Below are positions 9,252-17,810 of a stretch of 32,000 nt of DNA, one piece after another. Under the pieces are notes generated by a model, which saw nothing but the letters and a program-made list of their open reading frames with translations, had not been told where the DNA came from and did not search any database. Within the stretch, counting starts at the first letter, position 1, and each line of letters starts with the position of its first letter. The position numbers and the translations under genes were made by a program. Origin of the DNA: Candidatus Dasytiphilus stammeri (lineage in GTDB: Bacteria; Pseudomonadota; Gammaproteobacteria; Enterobacterales; Enterobacteriaceae); contig CP145885.1 of assembly GCA_041941745.1 (NCBI GenBank), positions 348,531 through 380,530 on the forward strand, in the 5' to 3' direction.

Positions 9252-9590
9252 ATGAAAAATAAAATTATTCATTTGACTGATGATAATTTTGATGAAAAAG
9301 TATTGATATCACCCATAGTGACCCTTGTTGATTTTTGGGCGCCGTGGTGTGGACCTTGTAAAGGTATTGCCCCTATCCTTAATGAAATTGCTGATGAATA
9401 TTATGGTAAGCTTACTATAGCAAAATTAAATGTAGATGAAAATCCAAAAATTACTGAAAAATATGCAATACGCGGTATTCCCACTTTATTAATCTTTAGA
9501 AATGGGCAAATAATAGCTACAAAAGTAGGTACTGTATCTAAAAAAGAAATAAAAAATTTATTTGAGCCTTTCTTAATAGAGTCAATTTAA
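9252..9590 (+). CDS. trxA: Thioredoxin 1
   Basis: [18 protein letters not shown]...[33 protein letters not shown]....[12 protein letters not shown] matches E. coli TrxA. The active site is WCGPC. The SD GGAGG (9242-9246) lies before ATG 9252, so the TTG at 9240 in the track is unlikely. Confidence 0.96.
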   Translation: MKNKIIHLTDDNFDEKVLISPIVTLVDFWAPWCGPCKGIAPILNEIADEYYGKLTIAKLNVDENPKITEKYAIRGIPTLLIFRNGQIIATKVGTVSKKEIKNLFEPFLIESI

Positions 9591-9865
9591 ATACGAAAGT
9601 AAATTATTACTTGATAATAAAAATCATTGATTAAATGAATCAATTTTATAAATTGTATATAATTTTATTTATAGACATACATTTAGTAATTTGCACTTAA
9701 TATTCAATCAATATCTTGGATTATATGTATATGTATTTTTATTGCTTGAATAAATATATTTATCTATATAAACTGCAAAAAATTATATAAAGCATAAATG
9801 AATTATATTTCAATAATAAATTAGTTGATTTATTGAAATTAATCTTAGTAAAAGAACCTACCATT

Positions 9866-11125
9866 ATGAATCTTACTATATTAAAAAAAACCCCAGTTTC
9901 TGAATTAATTACTATTGGTGATAGTATGGGGATAGAAAATTTGGCACGTACACGTAAACAAGATATTATTTTTTCTATTTTAAAACAACATGCAAAAATT
10001 GGAGAAGATATTTTTGGCAATGGAGTACTAGAAATATTACAAGATGGTTTTGGTTTTTTACGATCAGCCGACAGTTATTATCTTGCTGGTCCAGATGATA
10101 TTTATGTTTCTCCTAGTCAGATTAGACGATTTAATCTCAGAACTGGTGATACTATTGCAGGTAAAATTAGACCGCCAAAAGATGGAGAACGTTATTTTGC
10201 CTTGTTGAAGATAACCGAAGTAAATTTTGATAAACCAGAAAATGCTAGAAGTAAAATATTATTTGAAAATTTAACTCCCTTACATGCTAATGTAAGATTA
10301 CGTATGGAACGTGGGAATGGTTCGACAGAAGACTTAACTGGTCGTGTTTTAGATCTAGCATCTCCAATTGGCCGAGGACAACGAGGATTAATTGTAGCAC
10401 CACCAAAAGCAGGAAAAACCATGCTATTACAAAATATAGCACAAAGTATAGCTTTTAATTATCCTGATTGTGTTTTAATGGTATTATTGATAGATGAACG
10501 ACCGGAAGAAGTAACAGAAATGACCCGACTTGTTAAAGGAGATGTAATGGCATCTACTTTTGATGAACCTGCAAGCCGTCATATTCAGGTTTCTGAAATG
10601 GTAATTGAAAAAGCTAAGCGTTTAGTAGAACATAAAAAAGATGTAATAATTTTATTAGATTCAATTACTCGTTTAGCCCGAGCATATAATGCAGTAGTCC
10701 CTGCATCTGGTAAAGTATTAACAGGAGGAGTGGATGCTAATGCATTACATCGTCCTAAAAGATTTTTTGGGGCAGCACGAAATGTAGAAGAAGGGGGAAG
10801 TTTAACTATTATTGCTACTGCCTTAATTGATACTGGATCAAAAATGGATGAAGTTATTTATGAAGAATTCAAAGGAACAGGTAATATGGAGTTACATCTT
10901 GCACGTAAAATAGCGGAAAAACGGGTTTTTCCTGCTATAGACTATAATCGTTCTGGTACACGTAAAGAAGAACTTCTTACTTCACAAGAAGAACTTCAAA
11001 AAATCTGGATTTTAAGAAAAATTCTCCATCCAATGGGAGAAACCGAAGCAATGGAATTTCTTATAAATAAATTAGCTATGACCAAAACTAATAATGAATT
11101 TTTCAATATGATGAAACGGTCTTAA
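9866..11125 (+). CDS. rho: Transcription termination factor Rho
   Basis: From ATG 9866 ([15 protein letters not shown]...) the 419 aa are almost identical to E. coli Rho: [17 protein letters not shown], Walker A PPKAGKT, and a terminal ...FFNMMKRS. The upstream TTG at 9833 adds a non-homologous extension. Confidence 0.98.
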   Translation: MNLTILKKTPVSELITIGDSMGIENLARTRKQDIIFSILKQHAKIGEDIFGNGVLEILQDGFGFLRSADSYYLAGPDDIYVSPSQIRRFNLRTGDTIAGKIRPPKDGERYFALLKITEVNFDKPENARSKILFENLTPLHANVRLRMERGNGSTEDLTGRVLDLASPIGRGQRGLIVAPPKAGKTMLLQNIAQSIAFNYPDCVLMVLLIDERPEEVTEMTRLVKGDVMASTFDEPASRHIQVSEMVIEKAKRLVEHKKDVIILLDSITRLARAYNAVVPASGKVLTGGVDANALHRPKRFFGAARNVEEGGSLTIIATALIDTGSKMDEVIYEEFKGTGNMELHLARKIAEKRVFPAIDYNRSGTRKEELLTSQEELQKIWILRKILHPMGETEAMEFLINKLAMTKTNNEFFNMMKRS

Positions 11126-11235
11126 TATTATGTAATAATAGATATTTTAAATTTATTGATAATTGAAAATAAAAAGATAATTTTTTTCTTATACCAGCAA
11201 GATATTGAGCTGATGTATTATTCATACAGTGCCAA

Positions 11236-11309
11236 GCACCCGTAGCTCAGTTGGATAGAGCGCTGCCCTCCGAAGGCAGAGGTTTCAGGTTCAAATCCTG
11301 TCGGGTGCG
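11236..11309 (+). tRNA. argX: tRNA-Arg (anticodon CCG); no encoded 3' CCA
   Basis: GCACCCGTAGCTCAGTTGGATAGAGCGCTGCCCTCCGAAGGCAGAGG...CCTGTCGGGTGCG tracks E. coli argX. The anticodon loop is CTCCGAA. The sequence after discriminator G is TAA. Confidence 0.92.
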
Positions 11310-11350
11310 TAACAATTAATTATATAGTTATAATTAGTTAGCAATTTGTT

Positions 11351-11427
11351 GGTGGCTATAGCTCAGTTGGTAGAGCCCTGGATTGTGGTTCCAGTTGTCG
11401 TGGGTTCAAATCCCATTAGCCACCCCA
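11351..11427 (+). tRNA. hisR: tRNA-His (anticodon GTG) with G-1; CCA encoded
   Basis: GGTGGCTATAGCTCAGTTGGTAGAGCCCTGGATTGTGGTTCCAG...CCCATTAGCCACCCCA is near-identical to E. coli hisR, including the extra 5' G. Confidence 0.95.
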
Positions 11428-11443
11428 CCAAATAATAAATAAT

Positions 11444-11530
11444 GCGAAGATGGCGAAATTAAGGTATACGCGCTAGCTTCAGATGCTAGTATCATTAAAG
11501 GATGTGAGGGTTCAAATCCCTCTCTTCGCA
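11444..11530 (+). tRNA. leuT: tRNA-Leu (anticodon CAG), long variable arm; CCA not encoded (the 3' flank reads CCC)
   Basis: The acceptor is GCGAAGA/TCTTCGC and the anticodon arm is CTAGC-TTCAGAT-GCTAG. It has a long variable arm and T arm GAGGG-TTCAAAT-CCCTC. It is collinear with E. coli leuT. Confidence 0.9.
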
Positions 11531-11550
11531 CCCCACCACATAGTATTTAT

Positions 11551-11627
11551 CGGCGAGTAGCGCAGTTTGGTAGCGCAACTGGTTTGGGACCAGTGGGTCA
11601 GAGGTTCAAATCCTCTCTCGCCGACCA
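11551..11627 (+). tRNA. proM: tRNA-Pro (anticodon TGG); CCA encoded
   Basis: CGGCGAGTAGCGCAGTTTGGTAGCGCAACTGGTTTGGGACCAGTGGGTCAGAGGTTCAAATCCTCTCTCGCCGACCA is near-identical to E. coli proM. It completes the argX-hisR-leuT-proM order. Confidence 0.95.
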
Positions 11628-11792
11628 ATTAAATAATCACTTTAATTATTTGTTTAAAAATAGATAAAATTTTTTTTACTTTAGTAATACTCAGTAAGTG
11701 ACTAACTAAATCTGTTTTTAGACAGTGGCATTTTCGTAAAAAAAAACTATAGTTTTAAATGATATTAATAAAATAATAAAAGAGGTAAATTT

Positions 11793-12452
11793 ATGTTTCC
11801 TAATAGAAATAAAAAAAATAGCAATAATCCTATTTTGGCACAAGAAATTATTAAAAAACGATCTGGATTATTGTGGCTCATACCTTTATTAGTATTATTT
11901 TTAATTTTTTTATATTGGTATTTTCATCATTCAGAATCATCTATAATAAAAAGAACAAATAGTTCTACACATATCATTCAACAAAGATGGGCAAAACAAG
12001 AAGAAAATGTTACTTTACCAGATGGTGTAACTATAACTTTACCAAATAATAGTTTGGAATTTAATTTACTTAAATTTATTCAAAATACTTATCAAAATCC
12101 CAGACATTTTATATGGTTTGATTCTGATCAAATAATATTTGATAGTGGTGAAGATAAGATAAAAATAGAAGCACAAAATCAAATAAAAAATATTGCTGCT
12201 ATATTAAAAGCATATCCTAATGTAAAAATAAAAATTGGTGGCTATACTGATAGTATAGGAAATACTGATCAAAATTTGGATTTATCACTAGCACGTGCTG
12301 AAAAGATAAAAAAAATGTTAATCAATTTAAATGTTCCAGCTGAACGATTAATTGTAGAAGGTTATGGTGAAAATCATCCAATAGCATCTAATGATAGTCC
12401 TAATGGTCGTGCAAAAAACCGTAGAGTTGCTATTCTTGTAATAAACAAGTAA
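11793..12452 (+). CDS. Membrane-anchored OmpA-C-like (peptidoglycan-binding) domain protein
   Basis: 219 aa, with SD AGAGG before the ATG. It has one N-terminal TM segment (LLWLIPLLVLFLIFLYWYF). The C-terminal OmpA-C signature is F.SG...I......I.NIAAILKAYPNVKIKIGGYTDSIGNTDQNLDLSLARAEKIKKML...GYGENHPIASNDSPNGRAKNRRVAILV. The middle ~80 aa (VTLPDGVTITLPNNSLEFNLLKFIQ) are unassigned. Confidence 0.8.
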   Translation: MFPNRNKKNSNNPILAQEIIKKRSGLLWLIPLLVLFLIFLYWYFHHSESSIIKRTNSSTHIIQQRWAKQEENVTLPDGVTITLPNNSLEFNLLKFIQNTYQNPRHFIWFDSDQIIFDSGEDKIKIEAQNQIKNIAAILKAYPNVKIKIGGYTDSIGNTDQNLDLSLARAEKIKKMLINLNVPAERLIVEGYGENHPIASNDSPNGRAKNRRVAILVINK

Positions 12453-12492
12453 GTAAAAGTTATTTCTTAACTAATATTAAGAGGATTTAATA

Positions 12493-13281
12493 ATGAGCTA
12501 TGAGAAAATTGTTACATTATTTGATAATGCTGAACATGCTCAAATTGCTAAAAAAAATCTTTTAAAAGCAGGGTTCTCAGATTGTGACATAAGTTTAATT
12601 GATCATAATCAACTTAAAGCTGCAAATGTTAGTCATCACTATGATAATATTTGGAGAAGATTATTCGGCAATAATTTAACAAAAGAAGAAGCAAAAATTT
12701 ATACTCAAGCAATACATACTGGGGGGGTAATTTTAACTATACGTACTACAGGAGATGATACTCCTAAAGCAATGGGTATTCTTAATTCTCATCAAATTGT
12801 TGACATACCTACTATATGTCATCAAGATAATAAAAATACTTATTCTTCTAAATGTAAAACAGATATGAAATCTAGAAAATATTCAGGTAATGAAAGTAAT
12901 GAGGAAATTTTAGAATTAGCCGAAGAACAATTAGAAGTAGGTAAAAAATTAGTCAAAGAAGGATCAACAAAAGTACGTCGTTTTATAACAGAAAAAGATG
13001 TGGAATTAAATATTCCACTACATGAGGAACATACAGCTATTTTTAGACGTTGTGTTAATAAAGATAATCCTGCAGCAATGGATGCAATTGATTGGTCCGA
13101 TACAGTAGTAGAAATGACCGATAGTTATGAAAAACCTGTAATTAATAAAACGGCACATGTAGTAGAAGAAGTAATTGTACGTAAAACAGGTAAAGATCAT
13201 ATTGAAAAAATTCATGAGAAATTACGTAAGCAAGAAGTAGAAGTTGAACATAAAGATGTTGACGAAGATAAAGATAACTAA
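12493..13281 (+). CDS. YsnF/AvaK (DUF2382) domain stress-type protein
   Basis: 262 aa, with SD AGAGGA before the ATG, 40 nt after the OmpA-like gene. The N-terminus IVTLFDNAEHAQIAKKNLLKAGF...EEAKIYTQAIHTGGVILTIRT resembles the N-domain common in this family. The core LAEEQLEVGKKLVKEGSTKVRRFITEKDVELNIPLHEEHTAIFRR plus KPVINKTAHVVEEVIVRKTGKDHIEKIHEKLRKQEVEVEH fits the bipartite DUF2382 pattern. The tail is acidic. The assignment is motif-based, not searched. Confidence 0.7.
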   Translation: MSYEKIVTLFDNAEHAQIAKKNLLKAGFSDCDISLIDHNQLKAANVSHHYDNIWRRLFGNNLTKEEAKIYTQAIHTGGVILTIRTTGDDTPKAMGILNSHQIVDIPTICHQDNKNTYSSKCKTDMKSRKYSGNESNEEILELAEEQLEVGKKLVKEGSTKVRRFITEKDVELNIPLHEEHTAIFRRCVNKDNPAAMDAIDWSDTVVEMTDSYEKPVINKTAHVVEEVIVRKTGKDHIEKIHEKLRKQEVEVEHKDVDEDKDN

Positions 13282-13302
13282 TCTAGTTTTTAAAATTTTA
13301 CC

Positions 13303-13329
13303 CAATACAGACAAGGAATGTCTGTATTG
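13303..13329 (+). terminator. Hairpin after the OmpA-like/YsnF-like operon (candidate terminator)
   Basis: CAATACAGACA (13303-13313), loop AGGAA, TGTCTGTATTG (13319-13329). This is a perfect 11-bp stem containing G/C, 22 nt after the stop. A T9 run follows, but only 14 nt downstream, so it is not a canonical intrinsic terminator. Confidence 0.45.
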
Positions 13330-13361
13330 ATATAATCAATAGTTTTTTTTTGGAAATATGA

Positions 13362-14209
13362 ATGTTAATAAATTTTTCTAAAATACATGTATTAGGTAAC
13401 AATTTTATGATCATAGATCCTATGACACAAAAATTATCTTTATCACCAGAAGTAATTTAAAAATTAGCCAATCGTTATTATATTGGGGTGGTTTTTAATC
13501 AATTATTAATAGTTGAACCACCGTATTTCCCTGAAATCGATTTTTACTATCGTATATTTAATGCTGATGGAAGAGAAGTAGAGTAATGTTGAAATGGAGC
13601 TTGTTGTATTGCAAGATTTGTTAAATTTAAAGGATTAAGCAATAAAAATATTATTAATGTTAGTACCAAAAATATGATAAATAAGAAAAAAATATCTGTT
13701 CAAATGAATGAACCAATTTTTTAGATAAAACAAATTCCTTTTTTTACTCAAAAGGAACAAAATTTGTATACAATTAATTAGCCACGATAAAAAAATATAA
13801 AAAATCGAATAGTCTCGATTGGTAATCCACATTGTGTTATTCAATTAGATAAGATTAAACTTGTACAAGTGAAAAAAATTGGATTTTTATTACAAAATAA
13901 AAGGGAATTATTTCCAGATCAGAGGAATATTGAATTCATGGAAATTATTAATCCAAAACATATTTATTTAAGAGTTTTTGATAGAGGAGTAGGAGAAACA
14001 CAATCTTGTGGTAATGGTGCATGTACTGCATTAGCAGTAGTAGGAATAAAACAATCTTTATTGTCTAATAATGTAAAAATTGATTTCCCAGCCAGGTGGG
14101 GAAATTATATATCTCTTGGTGAATTGGTCCTGGGTCTAAAATAGTAATGATTAGACGAGCCACTCATGTTTATGATCGTTTATTACATGAAATAAATGAA
14201 CAATTATAA
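13362..14209 (+). pseudogene. dapF: Decayed dapF (diaminopimelate epimerase)
   Basis: Collinear with E. coli DapF over the whole length: MLINFSKIHVLGNNFMIID..., [56 protein letters not shown]. At least 6 in-frame stops interrupt it (13458; 13584 and 13590 flanking the Cys73 codon, giving E*C*NGA where E. coli has QCGNGA; and three more before 13800). A frameshift lies near the 3' end (ATHVYDRLLHE vs AVHVYDGFIHL). Track ORF 13869-14144 is its C-terminal fragment. Confidence 0.9.
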
Positions 14210-14924
14210 GTAATGTTTATTTTATAGACATATAAATTTTTATTTTACCTTAAAAATAAGTAAGGTATAGATTTTGTATCTAGACAAATATTTAATATGA
14301 AAGTTCTTTCATCTTTCTATAAATTTGTCATGAAACAATAAATATATAACAAAATTATCTATATATCATTAAAGAATGTGATTTATAATCCTGGATTTAG
14401 GAAATATTAAAAACTTTATTATATCAATAATAAACATATTATTTAAAATAAATAGTTTGTGCCTCTCTAGATATAAGAGATAAAATGCAGATAATAATCT
14501 GTAAAATAATCATTTTTTAACAAATTATCCATTTCATCAAGTAAAAGTAATAGTGTTATAATAACATGATGGATGACACTTAATTTCAAAATATAAAATT
14601 CGAGAGTATAAATTGAATAATAACTACCTTTTACTTATATTGTTTATCTAAAAATATCATGAATTTTAGAAAAGTTCTGGTGGGATCTTTTCCTCAAAAA
14701 TTATTATATAGATAAATCATCTATTTAAAGATAGTTTTATGTTAAAAACTAATATTTAATTATTTCAGAAATTTAGATATCATCTAAAATGATATTCATT
14801 GTCGTTATTGCTTATAAATTAGGGTTAATCCAAAATGGATGTAAGCAATTTATATATGTTTGATCAAAATATGAATTTTATTTATTTTTATTTTAACTAG
14901 TATTAATTTTTTAGGATTTTGATT

Positions 14925-15875
14925 ATGCTGAGTGCATATAAATTAATTGATAATCGTTTAACAAGATTTGAATTATATGAATGTAATAATTTATCAGACT
15001 CAATTTGGGTTGATTTAATCGAACCTGAATTAGGAGAAAGAGAACAAGTACGTAAAATATTAGGACAAAGTTTAGCTACTCGTCCTGAATTAGAAGATAT
15101 AGAAGCGTCAGCACGTTTTTTTGAAGATGAAGATGGATTACATATTCATTCTTTATTTTTTTATGAAGATATTGTAGATCATGTAGGAAATGTTACTGTA
15201 GCTTTTACTATTCGTGATGGTAGATTATATACTTTACGTGAACGAGAGTTACCGGCTTTTAAAAGTTACCGTATGCGTGCACGTAGTCAAATATTGTTAG
15301 ATGGTAATGTATTTGAAATAGTATTAGATTTATTTGAAACTAAAATAGAACAATTAGCTGATGAAATTGAAACAATTTACAGTGATTTAGAAAATTTGAG
15401 TAGGGTTATTATGGAAGGGCATAAATATGATGAGTGTGATGAAGCATTATCTATGTTAGCAGGATTAGAAGATATTGTTTGGAAAGTTCGTTTATGTTTA
15501 ATGGATACACAACGAGCTTTAAATTTTCTTGTTCGTAAGGATAGATTGCCTATTAAACAATTAGAACAAGCACGTGAAATATTACGTGATATTGAATCAT
15601 TATTATCACATAATGAATCACTTTTACAAAAAGTAAATTTTTTACTACAAGCTGCAATGGGATTTATTAATATTGAACAAAATAGAATAATAAAAATATT
15701 TTCTGTTGTTTCTGTTATTTTTCTACCACCTACACTGGTAGCATCAAGTTATGGTATGAATTTTGATTTCATGCCAGAATTAAAATTCCATTTTGGATAT
15801 CCTGCAGCAATTATCCTCATGATATTAACTGGAATAGCTCCATATGCATATTTTAAATATAGAAAATGGCTCTAA
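14925..15875 (+). CDS. corA: Magnesium/cobalt transporter CorA
   Basis: 316 aa from ATG 14925 ([14 protein letters not shown]...). It is highly similar to E. coli CorA throughout: [49 protein letters not shown], and the YGMNF motif in [19 protein letters not shown]. Confidence 0.97.
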   Translation: MLSAYKLIDNRLTRFELYECNNLSDSIWVDLIEPELGEREQVRKILGQSLATRPELEDIEASARFFEDEDGLHIHSLFFYEDIVDHVGNVTVAFTIRDGRLYTLRERELPAFKSYRMRARSQILLDGNVFEIVLDLFETKIEQLADEIETIYSDLENLSRVIMEGHKYDECDEALSMLAGLEDIVWKVRLCLMDTQRALNFLVRKDRLPIKQLEQAREILRDIESLLSHNESLLQKVNFLLQAAMGFINIEQNRIIKIFSVVSVIFLPPTLVASSYGMNFDFMPELKFHFGYPAAIILMILTGIAPYAYFKYRKWL

Positions 15876-15922
15876 TTTTAATTAATATTAAATTAATTAA
15901 AATAAATTAATTTAATATAAAT

Positions 15923-16855
15923 CTATATATTACTTGTAATAATTTTTGGCTGATAATAATCATTAGTCTTTTTAAAAAAAGATCTAGTATAATCTCTTAA
16001 CCATTTATGAGCAGGTGAATTATCATTTCTAGGATGCCATGCTTGAATAATATTTACATTAGGAAGAAGATTAATATCTGGTTCAAAAGTTGCTACTTCA
16101 ATTTTCATTCTATCTAAAATACTTAGAAAAAAAATAGGAACGACAGCTAACAAATCAGTATGTGTAATCGTTTCAATAATAGATAAATAACTTGGACTAA
16201 TACTAATAACTTTACGTTGATATCCATTAGCAATAAACATTTGATCAAAATCAGTATTTAATTTATCTTTAGTACTAATAAAATTATAATTAATCAAATT
16301 TTCAATTGTTTTTTGTTGATTAAGTACCATATGATTTTTATTCGCGATAATTAAAGATTTTTCTCGATATACGGTCCTAATTTTTATTTCTGGACTTAAA
16401 TCTCGTAATTCTCCGATATATAAATCTATATTATCTTTACGTAAAAAATCGTTAGCAATATTATCATACTTAAATTCAAGTAATATATTAGGTTCATTTT
16501 CTTTAATATTTTTCATAAAATGGTAATTTAAAATTGAAATAATTATATCATTTGATGCTATAGTAAATAAAAGCGATTTTTCACCTATTTTAAATACTAC
16601 ATTTTGATTTAATACGCTTTGTATTTTATTAAGAAGATTTTTTATCTGGGGTTTAAGTTGTAAAGCTAAAGGAGTTAACATTAATTTTGATCCGGAACGT
16701 ACTAATATTTGATCGTGGAAGGTATCTCTAATTTTATTTAATGATTTACTTATTGCTGGGGGTGTAACATTAAGGTTTTTTGCTGTTTTACTAACACTGC
16801 CTTCTTCTAATAACATGTCTAATACGATTAATAAATTTAAGTCTGTACGGTGCAC
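15923..16855 (-). CDS. LysR-family transcriptional regulator (YidZ-like)
   Basis: 310 aa with a GTG start preceded by AAGGGA. The HTH region DLNLLIVLDMLLEEGSVSKTAKNLNVTPPAISKSLNKIRDTFHDQILVR resembles E. coli YidZ (DLNLL..[39 protein letters not shown]). The C-terminal WHPRNDNSPAHKWLRDY resembles WHKRNSHNPKIVWLRET. Orthology is uncertain. Confidence 0.7.
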   Translation of the reverse strand: MHRTDLNLLIVLDMLLEEGSVSKTAKNLNVTPPAISKSLNKIRDTFHDQILVRSGSKLMLTPLALQLKPQIKNLLNKIQSVLNQNVVFKIGEKSLLFTIASNDIIISILNYHFMKNIKENEPNILLEFKYDNIANDFLRKDNIDLYIGELRDLSPEIKIRTVYREKSLIIANKNHMVLNQQKTIENLINYNFISTKDKLNTDFDQMFIANGYQRKVISISPSYLSIIETITHTDLLAVVPIFFLSILDRMKIEVATFEPDINLLPNVNIIQAWHPRNDNSPAHKWLRDYTRSFFKKTNDYYQPKIITSNI

Positions 16856-17051
16856 AATTATCCCTTACCACATAATTAATCATCAAATTATTTTTATCAG
16901 CTTCTTTAATTAAAAAGAATAAAGTATGCCTATAAAAGATAAGATGCTTTTTAGTAAAGATAAAGTTAACATCCTTTTGGCTATATTGTTCAATTTAAAT
17001 GAGTTATTTAATTTTTAAAAAATACTTCTGTTTGTTATACAAATATATTAT

Positions 17052-17780
17052 TTATATATCTAATAATAACGATTCTAAAGCAATTTGAATCATTTCATTA
17101 AAACTATTTTGTCTCTCTTCTGCAGTAGAAGAAATATATTTTTTTTTACAGTGAAGATTTAATTTATCAGAAACTGTGCAAATAGTTAATGCTTTAGCAT
17201 TAAATTCAGCTGCTATTGCATAAAGGCCCGCTGCTTCCATTTCTATACCTAGAATATTATATTTTTCCAAAATATTAAATAGATTTATGTTTGGAGTATA
17301 AAATAGATCAGTAGTAAAAAGATTTCCTACATATACAATTAATCCTAATTGTTTTGCAGCTTTTACTGCATTACATACAAGTTGAAAATCAGCAATAGCA
17401 GAAAAATCATGTCCATTAAAACGGATACGATTAATATTCGAATCTGTACATGCTCCCATACCAATAATAATATCTCGCACATTTATGTTTGGTTGAACTG
17501 TACCACAAGTACCTACTCTAATAATTTTTTTCACTTCATATTCAGTAATCAGTTCTTTAGCATAAATTGAACATGATGGGATACCTATTCCATGTGACAT
17601 TATGGATATAGGGTATTTTTTATAAAAACCAGTATAACCTAACATACCACGTATGTTATTTACAAGTCGATAATTATCTAAAAATATTTCCGCGATGTGT
17701 TTTGCTCTTAATGGATCTCCCGGCATAAGAACAATTTTTGCAAAATCACCTTTTTTTGCACTAATATGTGGTGTTATCAT
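17052..17780 (-). CDS. deoD: Purine nucleoside phosphorylase DeoD-type
   Basis: 242 aa, collinear with E. coli DeoD: [80 protein letters not shown]. Confidence 0.96.
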   Translation of the reverse strand: MITPHISAKKGDFAKIVLMPGDPLRAKHIAEIFLDNYRLVNNIRGMLGYTGFYKKYPISIMSHGIGIPSCSIYAKELITEYEVKKIIRVGTCGTVQPNINVRDIIIGMGACTDSNINRIRFNGHDFSAIADFQLVCNAVKAAKQLGLIVYVGNLFTTDLFYTPNINLFNILEKYNILGIEMEAAGLYAIAAEFNAKALTICTVSDKLNLHCKKKYISSTAEERQNSFNEMIQIALESLLLDI

Positions 17781-17810
17781 TATAATATTCCTATTATACA
17801 GTTTATGTGT

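Noticed and set aside
9760-10422. Minus-strand ORFs 9760-10020 (86 aa) and 10192-10422 (76 aa)
   Set aside because: Both lie antisense to the rho leader and coding sequence, and rho is almost identical to E. coli Rho. Neither shows a recognisable motif.
13018-13215. 65-aa minus-strand ORF inside the YsnF-like gene
   Set aside because: It is antisense to an ORF with a coherent domain pattern and an SD. Its translation is Phe/Tyr/Ile/Asn-rich low-complexity sequence.
11551-13360. Genomic island integrated at tRNA-Pro carrying the OmpA-like/YsnF-like pair
   Set aside because: I found no integrase and no direct repeat of the tRNA-Pro 3' end downstream (checked 13282-13360 by eye). Composition does not differ visibly from the flanks. 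An island origin is therefore unsupported, and the genes may be ancestral to the lineage.
13635-14144. Track ORFs 13635-13844 (minus strand) and 13869-14144 (plus strand) as independent genes
   Set aside because: The + ORF is simply the C-terminal third of the dapF relic: same frame as the upstream fragments, and it matches DapF residues from about 170 onward. The minus ORF is antisense to the relic.
15878-15900. AT-only palindromes at gene ends as terminators: 15878-15900 after corA, 21309-21324 after hslU, 9626-9644 after trxA, and 30802-30818 in the gmk/ppa spacer
   Set aside because: The stems are 6-9 bp of A/T only. That is expected by chance at this base composition and would be thermodynamically weak, so I did not annotate them.
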